Below are positions 23,206-33,108 of a stretch of 64,000 bases of DNA, one piece after another. Below the pieces are notes generated by a model. It was not told where the DNA came from. It worked only from the letters and a program-made list of their open reading frames with translations, and ran no database searches. Both the position numbers and the translations under genes were made by a program. Location of the stretch: assembly GCF_056712565.1 (NCBI RefSeq), contig NZ_CM160072.1; one strand, written 5' to 3'. The number at the start of each line of letters is the position of its first letter. The first letter of the stretch is position 1.

Positions 23206-23610
23206 TTAGTCGTCGCCGATAATTTTCAGCGTGGCCATATCCGATGAGTTCACTGTATGACCGGAAAAGGTGATTTTTGAGACGCAGCGTTTGTTGTCGT
23301 TATCGCTGTTAATGTTGATCCAGTCAGTGGTTTGCTCTTCTTTTATTTCTGAAGGAATATTCAGGGTCTGACTGGCGCTTCGGGTGGCTTTGAAATAAAT
23401 CGATGCACCGCTTAACTGCAAATCGCCATGGTCGGCTGAGAGTTGTATGCGTTTAACAATGCGACAAACAGGAAGTTTCAGCGCCAGATCGTTGGTTTCG
23501 TTTCGCGGCATTGCAATGACGCCGAGGATTTTATGGTCGTTTGCCTGCGCCGTGCAGCACAGCATCAGGCTAATCGCCAGGCTGGCGGAAATCGTAATAA
23601 CGGATTTCAT
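23206..23610 (-). CDS. yaaI: DUF2541 periplasmic protein YaaI
   Basis: 134-aa ORF with signal peptide [23 protein letters not shown]. Confidence 0.85.
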   Translation of the reverse strand: MKSVITISASLAISLMLCCTAQANDHKILGVIAMPRNETNDLALKLPVCRIVKRIQLSADHGDLQLSGASIYFKATRSASQTLNIPSEIKEEQTTDWININSDNDNKRCVSKITFSGHTVNSSDMATLKIIGDD

Positions 23611-23825
23611 AAGGATTCTCTTGGTGGGGAGGGGTAAGGGGATGAAACTAGTTTACTGCTGATAAAGAGAAGTTTCAGGTACGTAATATTTTCTTTTTAT
23701 TACAATTTTTTGATGAATGCCTTGGCTGCGATTCATTCTTTATATGAATAAAATTGTTGTCAGTTTCACGTCTTGTCCTGCCATATCGCGAAATTTCTGC
23801 GCAAAAGCACAAAAAATTTTTGCAT

Positions 23826-23862
23826 CTCCCCCTTGATGACGTGGGTTACGACCCCATTTAGT
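23826..23862 (+). promoter_or_regulatory. sigma-32 heat-shock promoter of dnaK (P1-like)
   Basis: CCCCCTTGATG (-35-like) and CCCCATTTA (-10-like) with sigma-32 type spacing, about 120 bp upstream of the dnaK ATG. Confidence 0.65.
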
Positions 23863-23981
23863 AGTCAACCGCAGTGAGTGAGTCTGCAAAAAAATGAAAT
23901 TGGGCAGTTGAAACCAGACGTTTCGCCCCTATTACAGACTCACAACCACATGATGACCGAATATATAGTGGAGACGTTTAG

Positions 23982-25898
23982 ATGGGTAAAATAATTGGTA
24001 TCGACCTGGGTACTACCAACTCTTGTGTAGCGATTATGGATGGCACCACTCCTCGTGTACTGGAGAACGCCGAAGGCGATCGCACCACGCCTTCTATCAT
24101 TGCCTATACCCAGGATGGTGAAACTCTGGTTGGTCAGCCGGCTAAACGTCAGGCAGTGACGAACCCGCAAAACACCCTGTTTGCGATTAAACGCCTGATT
24201 GGCCGCCGCTTCCAGGACGAAGAAGTACAGCGTGATGTTTCCATCATGCCGTTCAAAATTATTGCTGCTGATAACGGCGACGCATGGGTCGAAGTTAAAG
24301 GCCAGAAAATGGCACCGCCGCAGATCTCTGCTGAAGTGCTGAAAAAAATGAAGAAAACCGCTGAAGATTACCTGGGTGAACCGGTAACTGAAGCTGTTAT
24401 TACCGTACCGGCATACTTTAACGATGCTCAGCGTCAGGCAACCAAAGACGCAGGCCGTATCGCTGGTCTGGAAGTAAAACGTATCATCAACGAACCGACC
24501 GCAGCTGCGCTGGCTTACGGTCTGGACAAAGGTACTGGCAACCGTACTATCGCGGTTTATGACCTGGGTGGTGGTACTTTCGATATTTCCATTATCGAAA
24601 TCGACGAAGTTGACGGCGAAAAAACCTTCGAAGTTCTGGCAACCAACGGTGATACCCACCTGGGTGGTGAAGACTTCGACAGTCGTCTGATCAACTATCT
24701 GGTTGAAGAATTCAAGAAAGATCAGGGCATTGACCTGCGCAACGATCCGCTGGCAATGCAGCGCCTGAAAGAAGCGGCAGAAAAAGCGAAAATCGAACTG
24801 TCTTCCGCTCAGCAGACCGACGTTAACCTGCCGTACATCACTGCAGACGCGACCGGTCCGAAACACATGAACATCAAAGTGACTCGTGCGAAACTGGAAA
24901 GCCTGGTTGAAGATCTGGTAAACCGTTCCATTGAGCCGCTGAAAGTTGCACTGCAGGACGCTGGCCTGTCCGTATCTGATATCGACGACGTTATCCTCGT
25001 TGGTGGTCAGACTCGTATGCCAATGGTTCAGAAGAAAGTTGCTGAATTCTTTGGTAAAGAGCCGCGTAAAGATGTTAACCCGGACGAAGCTGTAGCCATC
25101 GGTGCTGCTGTTCAGGGTGGTGTTCTGACTGGTGACGTAAAAGACGTACTGCTGCTGGACGTTACCCCGCTGTCTCTGGGTATCGAAACCATGGGCGGTG
25201 TGATGACCACGCTGATCGCGAAAAACACCACTATCCCGACCAAGCACAGCCAGGTGTTCTCTACCGCTGAAGACAACCAGTCTGCGGTAACCATCCATGT
25301 GCTGCAGGGTGAACGTAAACGTGCGGCTGATAACAAATCTCTGGGTCAGTTCAACCTGGATGGTATCAACCCGGCACCGCGCGGCATGCCGCAGATCGAA
25401 GTTACCTTCGATATCGATGCTGACGGTATCCTGCACGTTTCCGCGAAAGACAAAAACAGCGGTAAAGAGCAGAAGATCACTATCAAGGCTTCTTCTGGTC
25501 TGAACGAAGATGAAATCCAGAAAATGGTACGCGACGCAGAAGCTAACGCCGAAGCTGACCGTAAGTTTGAAGAGCTGGTACAGACTCGCAACCAGGGCGA
25601 CCATCTGCTGCACAGCACCCGTAAGCAGGTTGAAGAAGCAGGCGACAAACTGCCGGCTGACGACAAAACTGCTATCGAGTCTGCGCTGACTGCACTGGAA
25701 ACTGCTCTGAAAGGTGAAGACAAAGCCGCTATCGAAGCGAAAATGCAGGAACTGGCACAGGTTTCCCAGAAACTGATGGAAATCGCCCAGCAGCAACATG
25801 CCCAGCAGCAGACTGCCGGTGCTGATGCTTCTGCAAACAACGCGAAAGATGACGATGTTGTCGACGCTGAATTTGAAGAAGTCAAAGACAAAAAATAA
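23982..25898 (+). CDS. dnaK: Molecular chaperone DnaK (Hsp70)
   Basis: 638-aa [24 protein letters not shown]... with Hsp70 signatures IDLGTTNS and DLGGGTFD. Confidence 0.99.
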
Positions 25899-25986
25899 TC
25901 GCCCTATAAACGGGTAATTATACTGACACGGGCGAAGGGGAATTTCCTCTCCGCCCGTGCATTCATCTAGGGGCAAATCAAAAAAG

Positions 25987-27117
25987 ATGGCTAAGCAAGA
26001 TTATTACGAGATTTTAGGCGTTTCCAAAACAGCGGAAGAGCGTGAAATCAAAAAGGCCTACAAACGCCTGGCCATGAAATACCACCCGGACCGTAACCAG
26101 GGTGACAAAGAGGCCGAGGCGAAATTTAAAGAGATCAAGGAAGCTTATGAAGTTCTGACCGACTCGCAAAAACGTGCGGCATACGATCAGTATGGTCATG
26201 CTGCGTTTGAGCAAGGCGGCATGGGCGGCGGCGGTTTTGGCGGCGGCGCAGACTTCAGCGATATTTTTGGTGACGTTTTCGGCGATATTTTTGGCGGCGG
26301 ACGTGGTCGTCAACGTGCGGCGCGCGGTGCTGATTTACGCTATAACATGGAGCTCACCCTCGAAGAAGCTGTACGTGGCGTGACCAAAGAGATCCGCATT
26401 CCGACTCTGGAAGAGTGTGACGTTTGCCACGGTAGCGGTGCAAAACCAGGTACACAGCCGCAGACCTGTCCGACCTGTCATGGTTCTGGCCAGGTGCAGA
26501 TGCGCCAGGGTTTCTTTGCCGTGCAGCAGACCTGTCCACACTGTCAGGGCCGCGGTACGCTGATCAAAGATCCGTGCAACAAATGTCATGGTCATGGTCG
26601 TGTTGAGCGCAGCAAAACGCTGTCCGTTAAAATCCCGGCAGGGGTGGACACTGGAGACCGCATCCGTCTTGCGGGCGAAGGTGAAGCGGGTGAACACGGC
26701 GCACCGGCAGGCGATCTGTACGTTCAGGTTCAGGTTAAACAGCACCCGATTTTCGAGCGTGAAGGCAACAACCTGTATTGCGAAGTCCCGATCAACTTCG
26801 CTATGGCGGCGCTGGGTGGTGAAATCGAAGTACCGACCCTTGATGGTCGCGTCAAACTGAAAGTGCCTGGCGAAACCCAGACCGGTAAGCTGTTCCGTAT
26901 GCGCGGTAAAGGCGTCAAGTCTGTCCGCGGTGGCGCACAGGGTGATTTGCTATGCCGCGTTGTTGTCGAAACACCGGTAGGTTTGAACGAGAAGCAGAAA
27001 CAGCTGCTGCAAGAGCTGCAAGAAAGCTTTGGTGGCCCAACCGGCGAGCACAACAGCCCGCGTTCAAAGAGCTTCTTTGATGGCGTGAAGAAGTTTTTTG
27101 ACGACCTGACTCGCTAA
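25987..27117 (+). CDS. dnaJ: Co-chaperone DnaJ (Hsp40)
   Basis: 376-aa protein [12 protein letters not shown]... with J-domain HPD, Gly/Phe-rich linker and four CxxCxGxG zinc-finger repeats; start set at ATG 25987. Confidence 0.98.
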
Positions 27118-27221
27118 CCTCCCCAAAAGCCTGCCCGTGGGCAGGCCAGGGTAAAAACCAGGGTGCGTTGAAGATATGCGAGCACCTGTAAAGTGGCGGG
27201 GATCACTCCCCGCCGTTGCTC

Positions 27222-27374
27222 TTACTCGGATTCGTAAGCCGTGAAAACAGCAACCTCCGTCTGGCCAGTTCGGATGTGAACCTCACAGAGGTCTTTTCTC
27301 GTTACCAGCGCCGCCACTACGGCGGTGATACAGATGACGATCAGGGCGACAATCATCGCCTTATGCTGCTTCAT
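27222..27374 (-). CDS. hokC: Type I toxin HokC (Hok/Gef family membrane toxin)
   Basis: 50-codon frame MKQHKAMIVALIVICITAVVAALVTRKDLCEVHIRTGQTEVAVFTAYESE inside the 80-aa ORF. Confidence 0.88.
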   Translation of the reverse strand: MKQHKAMIVALIVICITAVVAALVTRKDLCEVHIRTGQTEVAVFTAYESE

Positions 27375-27431
27375 TGCTCTCTTCTCCTTGACCTTACGGT
27401 CAGTAAGAGGCACTCTACATGTGTTCTGCAT
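27222..27431 (-). CDS. mokC: MokC, overlapping reading frame that modulates hokC translation
   Basis: Same frame as hokC starting at the upstream Met (MQNTCRVPLTDRKVKEKRA...), as in characterised hok/mok loci. Confidence 0.6.
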   Translation of the reverse strand: MQNTCRVPLTDRKVKEKRAMKQHKAMIVALIVICITAVVAALVTRKDLCEVHIRTGQTEVAVFTAYESE

Positions 27432-27477
27432 ATAGGGGGCCTCGGGTTGATGGTAAAATATCACTCGGGGCTTTTCT
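27423..27477 (+). ncRNA. sokC: Putative SokC antisense RNA (approximate position)
   Basis: Placed only by analogy to hok/sok loci, where Sok is antisense to the mok start region; no promoter or terminator was convincingly identified in the sequence. Confidence 0.3.
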
Positions 27478-27985
27478 CTATCTGCCGTTCAGCTAATGCC
27501 TGAGACAGACAGCCTCAAGCACCCGCCGCTATTATATCGCTCTCTTTAACCCATTCTGTTTTATCGATTCTAATCCTGAAGACGCCTCGCATTTTTGCGT
27601 AATCAATCTTTAGTACATTGTTTATTTTAACTCTTATGTGCGTTTTCATTTACAAAAGTTGAGATTATGAACAAGAGGTTTAAGTTATGCCTGAATGGTG
27701 AGTTATTACTGGAGAAAGTAATAGAAGATACAAAATATTCTTGTACAGAATTGAATTTTCTTTTTGTGAGGAAAAATGTTTATAAATCAATGAGTGATAT
27801 TTAAAATCGACACACTTTTTGAAACACGATACCTCCACACCCGGGGGTAAAAGTAATCTGCGATCTCCATCACGCTTTGCCATTCACCTTTAAATATACT
27901 TTCTGAGTCGTTCTTAATCAAAATGAATTATCTGATGTATTGATTTCTATGGAACCATAAAAAAAATGAATGGAGAGCATATTAT

Positions 27986-28747
27986 ATGTCTGCCAAAAGA
28001 CGGCTTCTTATTGCGTGTGCCCTGACAACGATTTTCTATCACCTTCCTGCATATTCTTCATTAGAATATAAAGGTTCCTTTGGCTCAATAAATGCAGGTT
28101 ATGCTGACTGGAATAGTGGCTTCATTAACACTCATCGTGGTGAAGTATGGAAAGTGACTGCAGACTTTGGTGTGAATTTTAAAGAAGCCGAGTTTTACTC
28201 ATTTTATGAAAGCAATGTGCTTAACCATGCCGTAGCGGGGCGTAATCATACCGTTTCTGCTATGACACATGTCAGACTCTTTGACTCCAATATGACTTTC
28301 TTTGGCAAGATCTATGGTCAATGGGATAACTCATGGGGTGACGATCTTGATATGTTTTATGGTTTGGGCTACCTCGGCTGGAATGGTTCATGGGGGTTTT
28401 TTAAACCGTATATTGGATTACATAATCAATCTGGAGACTACGTCTCAGCCAAATATGGACAAACAAATGGCTGGAATGGTTATGTTGTTGGCTGGACAGC
28501 AGTATTACCTTTTACGTTATTTGACGAAAAATTTGTTTTATCTAACTGGAATGAAATAGAACTGGACAGAAATGATGCCTATGCGGAACAACAATTTGGT
28601 CGGAATGGGCTAAATGGCGGTTTAACAGTAGCCTGGAAGTTCTATCCTCGCTGGAAAGCCAGTGTGACGTGGCGTTATTTCGATAATAAGTTGGGCTACG
28701 ATGGTTTTGGCGATCAAATGATTTATATGCTTGGTTATGATTTCTAA
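27986..28747 (+). CDS. Tsx-family outer-membrane beta-barrel channel (nucleoside-specific-channel-like porin)
   Basis: 253-aa ORF with signal peptide, Trp/Tyr/Gly-rich composition, and C-terminus ...MLGYDF ending in Phe; local similarity to Tsx (LEYxxF near N-terminus, GYxF C-terminus). Good SD (GGAGAG) upstream. Confidence 0.7.
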   Translation: MSAKRRLLIACALTTIFYHLPAYSSLEYKGSFGSINAGYADWNSGFINTHRGEVWKVTADFGVNFKEAEFYSFYESNVLNHAVAGRNHTVSAMTHVRLFDSNMTFFGKIYGQWDNSWGDDLDMFYGLGYLGWNGSWGFFKPYIGLHNQSGDYVSAKYGQTNGWNGYVVGWTAVLPFTLFDEKFVLSNWNEIELDRNDAYAEQQFGRNGLNGGLTVAWKFYPRWKASVTWRYFDNKLGYDGFGDQMIYMLGYDF

Positions 28748-28766
28748 TTTTCATCAGGGAATAATT

Positions 28767-30260
28767 ATGCAGAAAACATTAATGGCCAGTTTGATCGGCC
28801 TTGCAGTTTGCACAGGGAATGCTTTTAATCCAGTCGTAGCTGCCGAGACTAAACAACCCAATTTAGTCATCATTATGGCGGATGATTTAGGCTATGGTGA
28901 TTTAGCAACATATGGACATCAGATCGTTAAAACACCCAATATTGACAGGCTTGCCCAGGAGGGCGTCAAATTTACTGACTACTATGCACCAGCTCCCTTA
29001 AGTTCTCCTTCGCGGGCGGGGTTATTAACGGGGCGGATGCCATTTCGTACCGGCATACGTTCATGGATCCCAACGGGAAAAGATGTGGCATTAGGGCGTA
29101 ATGAACTCACGATTGCTAATCTACTCAAAGCGCAAGGGTATGACACGGCCATGATGGGTAAGCTGCATCTGAATGCAGGCGGCGATCGCACCGATCAGCC
29201 GCAGGCAAAAGATATGGGCTTTGATTACTCACTGGTTAATACGGCGGGTTTTGTTACCGACGCCACGCTGGATAACGCTAAAGAACGCCCGCGTTATGGC
29301 ATGGTTTACCCGACAGGCTGGCTACGTAACGGGCAACCCACTCCACGAGCCGATAAAATGAGCGGTGAGTATGTCAGTTCGGAAGTCGTCAACTGGCTGG
29401 ATAACAAAAAGGACAGCAAGCCTTTCTTCCTCTATGTTGCTTTTACCGAAGTGCATAGCCCCCTGGCTTCGCCCAAAAAATACCTCGACATGTACTCACA
29501 ATATATGAGCGCGTATCAGAAGCAGCATCCTGATTTATTTTATGGCGACTGGGCAGACAAACCCTGGCGTGGTGTGGGGGAATATTATGCCAATATCAGC
29601 TATCTGGATGCACAGGTTGGAAAAGTGCTGGATAAAATCAAAGCGATGGGTGAAGAAGATAACACAATCGTTATTTTTACCAGTGATAACGGTCCGGTAA
29701 CGCGTGAAGCGCGCAAAGTGTATGAGCTGAATTTGGCAGGGGAAACGGATGGATTACGCGGTCGCAAGGATAACCTTTGGGAAGGCGGAATTCGTGTTCC
29801 AGCCATTATTAAATATGGTAAACATCTACCACAGGGAATGGTTTCAGATACACCCGTTTATGGTCTGGACTGGATGCCTACTTTAGCGAAAATGATGAAC
29901 TTCAAATTACCTACAGACCGTACTTTCGATGGTGAATCGCTGGTTCCTGTTCTTGAGCAAAAAGCATTGAAACGCGAAAAGCCATTAATTTTCGGGATTG
30001 ATATGCCATTCCAGGATGATCCAACCGATGAATGGGCGATCCGTGATGGTGACTGGAAGATGATTATCGATCGCAATAATAAACCGAAATATCTCTACAA
30101 TCTGAAATCTGATCGTTATGAAACACTTAATCTGATCGGTAAAAAACCAGATATTGAAAAACAGATGTATGGTAAGTTTTTAAAATATAAAACTGATATT
30201 GATAATGATTCTCTAATGAAAGCCAGAGGTGATAAACCAGAAGCGGTGACCTGGGGCTAA
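28767..30260 (+). CDS. Periplasmic sulfatase, Ser-type (formylglycine precursor is Ser)
   Basis: 497-aa protein with signal peptide (MQKTLMASLIGLAVCTG...), metal-binding IIMADDLGYGDL, and sulfatase signature PLSSPSRAGLLTG (S-x-P-x-R). Start set at the internal ATG with SD, 19 bp after the porin stop. Confidence 0.85.
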   Translation: MQKTLMASLIGLAVCTGNAFNPVVAAETKQPNLVIIMADDLGYGDLATYGHQIVKTPNIDRLAQEGVKFTDYYAPAPLSSPSRAGLLTGRMPFRTGIRSWIPTGKDVALGRNELTIANLLKAQGYDTAMMGKLHLNAGGDRTDQPQAKDMGFDYSLVNTAGFVTDATLDNAKERPRYGMVYPTGWLRNGQPTPRADKMSGEYVSSEVVNWLDNKKDSKPFFLYVAFTEVHSPLASPKKYLDMYSQYMSAYQKQHPDLFYGDWADKPWRGVGEYYANISYLDAQVGKVLDKIKAMGEEDNTIVIFTSDNGPVTREARKVYELNLAGETDGLRGRKDNLWEGGIRVPAIIKYGKHLPQGMVSDTPVYGLDWMPTLAKMMNFKLPTDRTFDGESLVPVLEQKALKREKPLIFGIDMPFQDDPTDEWAIRDGDWKMIIDRNNKPKYLYNLKSDRYETLNLIGKKPDIEKQMYGKFLKYKTDIDNDSLMKARGDKPEAVTWG

Positions 30261-30308
30261 CCTGATAATCATAATAAATGTAATGTATGCCATTTAGGGC
30301 TATGCCCG

Positions 30309-30345
30309 CCTGATTCAGTGCTACGCATTGAATCAGGTTCTTTTC
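30309..30345 (+). terminator. Rho-independent terminator after the porin-sulfatase pair
   Basis: CCTGATTCA-gtgctacgcat-TGAATCAGG perfect 9-bp stem followed by TTCTTTTCG. Confidence 0.65.
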
Positions 30346-30382
30346 GCGTTGAACAATATCAAGATACGGCTATTCGCAGGGA

Positions 30383-31648
30383 GTGGATATGTTTACCAAC
30401 GTAAATGTTGATTGTTGCAAAACACCAGGATGTAAAAACCTGGGGTTGCTGAATAGCCAGGATTATGTCGCACAGGGTAAAAATATTTTATGCCGTGAAT
30501 GTGGTTACTTGTTTCCAGTGATATCTGAACAGTCGCTTAATATTTATCGTAATATTGTGAATCACTCCTGGAGAGGTTTGATTTGCCAATGTTCAACTTG
30601 CGGAGGCACGTCCCTCAAAAAATATGGATATTCTGCACAAGGCCAGAGAAGAATGTATTGCCATCATTGTGAGAAAACATTTATCACTCTGGAACATGTA
30701 ATTACCACACCACGAGGAGCCCTGTTAGCATTGATGATTGAGCAAGGGGAGGCACTTGCGGATATCAGAAAGTCATTACTTCTTAACAGCACTGGACTTA
30801 GCCGTGAACTGTTAAAATTAGCGCGTGAAGCAAACTATAAAGAAAGTCGACAGTGTTTCCCAGCTTCTGATATTACCCTGAGTACCCGCGCTTTTCGCGT
30901 CAAGTATAATGGTAGCAATAACTCTCTTTATGCTCTTGTTACCGCAGAAGAACAAAGCGGCAGGGTGGTTGCCATCTCAACCAATTACTCCCCATCTGCC
31001 GTAGAGCAACATTATCAATACACATCGAACTATGAAGAGCGTATGTCTCCAGGGACGCTGGCACATCATGTCCAGCGCAAAGAGTTACTTACTATGCGGC
31101 GGGATACCTTGTTTGATATTGATTACGGCCCGGCAGTTTTACATCAAAACGATCCGGGAATGTTGGTAAAACCGGTTCTTCCGGCATATCGTCATTTTGA
31201 ACTGGTCAGAATACTGACCGATGAGCATTCCAACAACGTTCAGCATTACCTTGATCACGAATGCTTTATATTGGGCGGCTGCCTGATGGCTAATTTGCAG
31301 CATATTCATCAAGGTCGCTGCCATATTTCCTTTGTCAAAGAGCGCGGTGTGGCACCCGCCACCATTGATTTTCCACCGCGATTATTCCTTAGTGGTGGGG
31401 TACGAAATAATGTCTGGCGTGCATTTTCTAACCGCAATTATTCAATGGCTGTATGCAATCTCACTGGCAGTAAGAAAGTCCGCGAGATGCGGCATGCAAC
31501 ATTGAACAGTGCGACGCGTTTTATCCACTTTGTGGAGAACCATCCTTTCCTTATATCATTGAACCGAATGTCTCCTGCGAATGTCGTTTCTACATTAGAT
31601 ATCCTCAAACATCTGTGGAATAAAAAACTAGAGCATGGAACAATTTAA
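30383..31648 (+). CDS. Uncharacterised protein with two N-terminal InsA-like Cys4 zinc ribbons
   Basis: 421-aa ORF with SD (GGGAG); two C-x(n)-C...C-x2-C motifs (CCKTPGC...CRECG and CQCSTCG...CHHCEKTF) resembling the IS1 InsA zinc ribbon; remainder not recognised. Confidence 0.6.
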   Translation: MDMFTNVNVDCCKTPGCKNLGLLNSQDYVAQGKNILCRECGYLFPVISEQSLNIYRNIVNHSWRGLICQCSTCGGTSLKKYGYSAQGQRRMYCHHCEKTFITLEHVITTPRGALLALMIEQGEALADIRKSLLLNSTGLSRELLKLAREANYKESRQCFPASDITLSTRAFRVKYNGSNNSLYALVTAEEQSGRVVAISTNYSPSAVEQHYQYTSNYEERMSPGTLAHHVQRKELLTMRRDTLFDIDYGPAVLHQNDPGMLVKPVLPAYRHFELVRILTDEHSNNVQHYLDHECFILGGCLMANLQHIHQGRCHISFVKERGVAPATIDFPPRLFLSGGVRNNVWRAFSNRNYSMAVCNLTGSKKVREMRHATLNSATRFIHFVENHPFLISLNRMSPANVVSTLDILKHLWNKKLEHGTI

Positions 31649-31882
31649 TTATTACTTTTCCGAATAATTTCTTCAGAAATCTTGACATTAGACTATGATT
31701 AATGGGGTTTAAGGTCATCAGCCGCCGCTTTCGGGCATCAAAAACTCATCTCTCGCTGATGGCGCAATTCTTTTAATAGATCGTAAAAAGCGAGCTATTC
31801 CTACACTATAATCTGATTTTAACGATGATTCGTGCGGGGTAAAATCGTGAAAACGATCTATTCACCTGAAGAGAAATAAAAA

Positions 31883-33049
31883 GTGAAACATCTGCATCGA
31901 TTCTTTAGCAGTGATGCCTCGGGAGGCATTATTCTCATTATTGCCGCTGTATTAGCGATGATTATGGCCAACAGCGGTGCAACCAGTGGATGGTATCACG
32001 ACTTTCTTGAGACGCCGGTTCAGCTCCGGGTTGGGACACTTGAGATCAACAAGAACATGCTGCTATGGATCAATGACGCTCTGATGGCGGTATTTTTCCT
32101 GTTGGTTGGTCTGGAAGTTAAACGCGAGCTGATGCAAGGTTCGCTGGCCAGTCTGCGCCAGGCGGCATTTCCTGTTATTGCCGCAATCGGCGGGATGATT
32201 GTCCCGGCATTGCTCTATCTGGCTTTTAACTATGCCGATCCGATTACCCGCGAAGGCTGGGCAATCCCGGCGGCGACTGACATTGCCTTTGCACTTGGTG
32301 TGTTGGCGCTGTTGGGAAGTCGTGTTCCGTTAGCGCTGAAGATCTTTTTGATGGCTCTGGCTATTATCGACGATCTTGGGGCCATCATTATCATCGCATT
32401 GTTCTACACTAATGACTTATCGATGGCCTCTCTTGGCGTCGCGGCTGTAGCAATTGCGGTACTCGTGGTATTGAATCTGTGTGGTGTACGCCGCACGGGC
32501 GTTTATATTCTGGTTGGCGTGGTGCTGTGGACAGCGGTGTTGAAATCGGGGGTTCACGCAACCCTGGCTGGCGTCATTGTCGGCTTCTTTATTCCTTTGA
32601 AAGAGAAGCATGGGCGCTCTCCGGCTAAACGTCTGGAGCATGTTTTGCATCCATGGGTGGCGTATCTGATTTTGCCGCTGTTTGCATTTGCTAATGCTGG
32701 CGTTTCACTGCAAGGTGTCACGCTGGAAGGTTTGACCTCCATCCTGCCATTAGGGATCATCGCTGGTTTGCTGATTGGCAAGCCACTGGGTATTAGTCTG
32801 TTCTGCTGGTTGGCGCTGCGTTTGAAATTGGCACATCTGCCAGAGGGAACGACTTACCAGCAAATTATGGCGGTTGGTATCCTGTGCGGTATCGGTTTTA
32901 CTATGTCTATCTTTATTGCCAGCCTGGCATTTGGTAGCGTAGATCCAGAACTGATTAACTGGGCAAAATTAGGTATCCTTGTCGGTTCAATTTCTTCGGC
33001 GGTAATTGGATATAGCTGGTTACGCGTTCGTTTACGTCCATCAGTTTGA
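31883..33049 (+). CDS. nhaA: Na+/H+ antiporter NhaA
   Basis: 388-aa ORF with GTG start ([22 protein letters not shown]...); matches NhaA. Confidence 0.96.
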   Translation: MKHLHRFFSSDASGGIILIIAAVLAMIMANSGATSGWYHDFLETPVQLRVGTLEINKNMLLWINDALMAVFFLLVGLEVKRELMQGSLASLRQAAFPVIAAIGGMIVPALLYLAFNYADPITREGWAIPAATDIAFALGVLALLGSRVPLALKIFLMALAIIDDLGAIIIIALFYTNDLSMASLGVAAVAIAVLVVLNLCGVRRTGVYILVGVVLWTAVLKSGVHATLAGVIVGFFIPLKEKHGRSPAKRLEHVLHPWVAYLILPLFAFANAGVSLQGVTLEGLTSILPLGIIAGLLIGKPLGISLFCWLALRLKLAHLPEGTTYQQIMAVGILCGIGFTMSIFIASLAFGSVDPELINWAKLGILVGSISSAVIGYSWLRVRLRPSV

Positions 33050-33108
33050 CAGGACGATGTACTGGGGAGCCATAAACGGCTCCCTTTTCATTGTTATCAG
33101 GGAGAGAA

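Noticed and set aside
23940-25976. 678-aa minus-strand ORF spanning dnaK
   Set aside because: Antisense shadow frame of dnaK; Phe/Val-rich with no recognisable domain, while dnaK on the plus strand is certain.
27667-27883. Short frames in the AT-rich leader of the island (45 codons on plus at 27667-27804; 67 codons on minus at 27680-27883)
   Set aside because: Weak or absent SD, AT-rich low-complexity sequence and overlap with each other; more likely a promoter or regulatory leader than coding sequence.
30383-31648. Reading the 421-aa cysteine-rich protein as the missing sulfatase-maturating enzyme
   Set aside because: anSME/AtsB enzymes are radical-SAM proteins with a CxxxCxxC cluster motif; this protein has only C-x2-C / C-x4-C zinc-ribbon-type pairs and no such motif.
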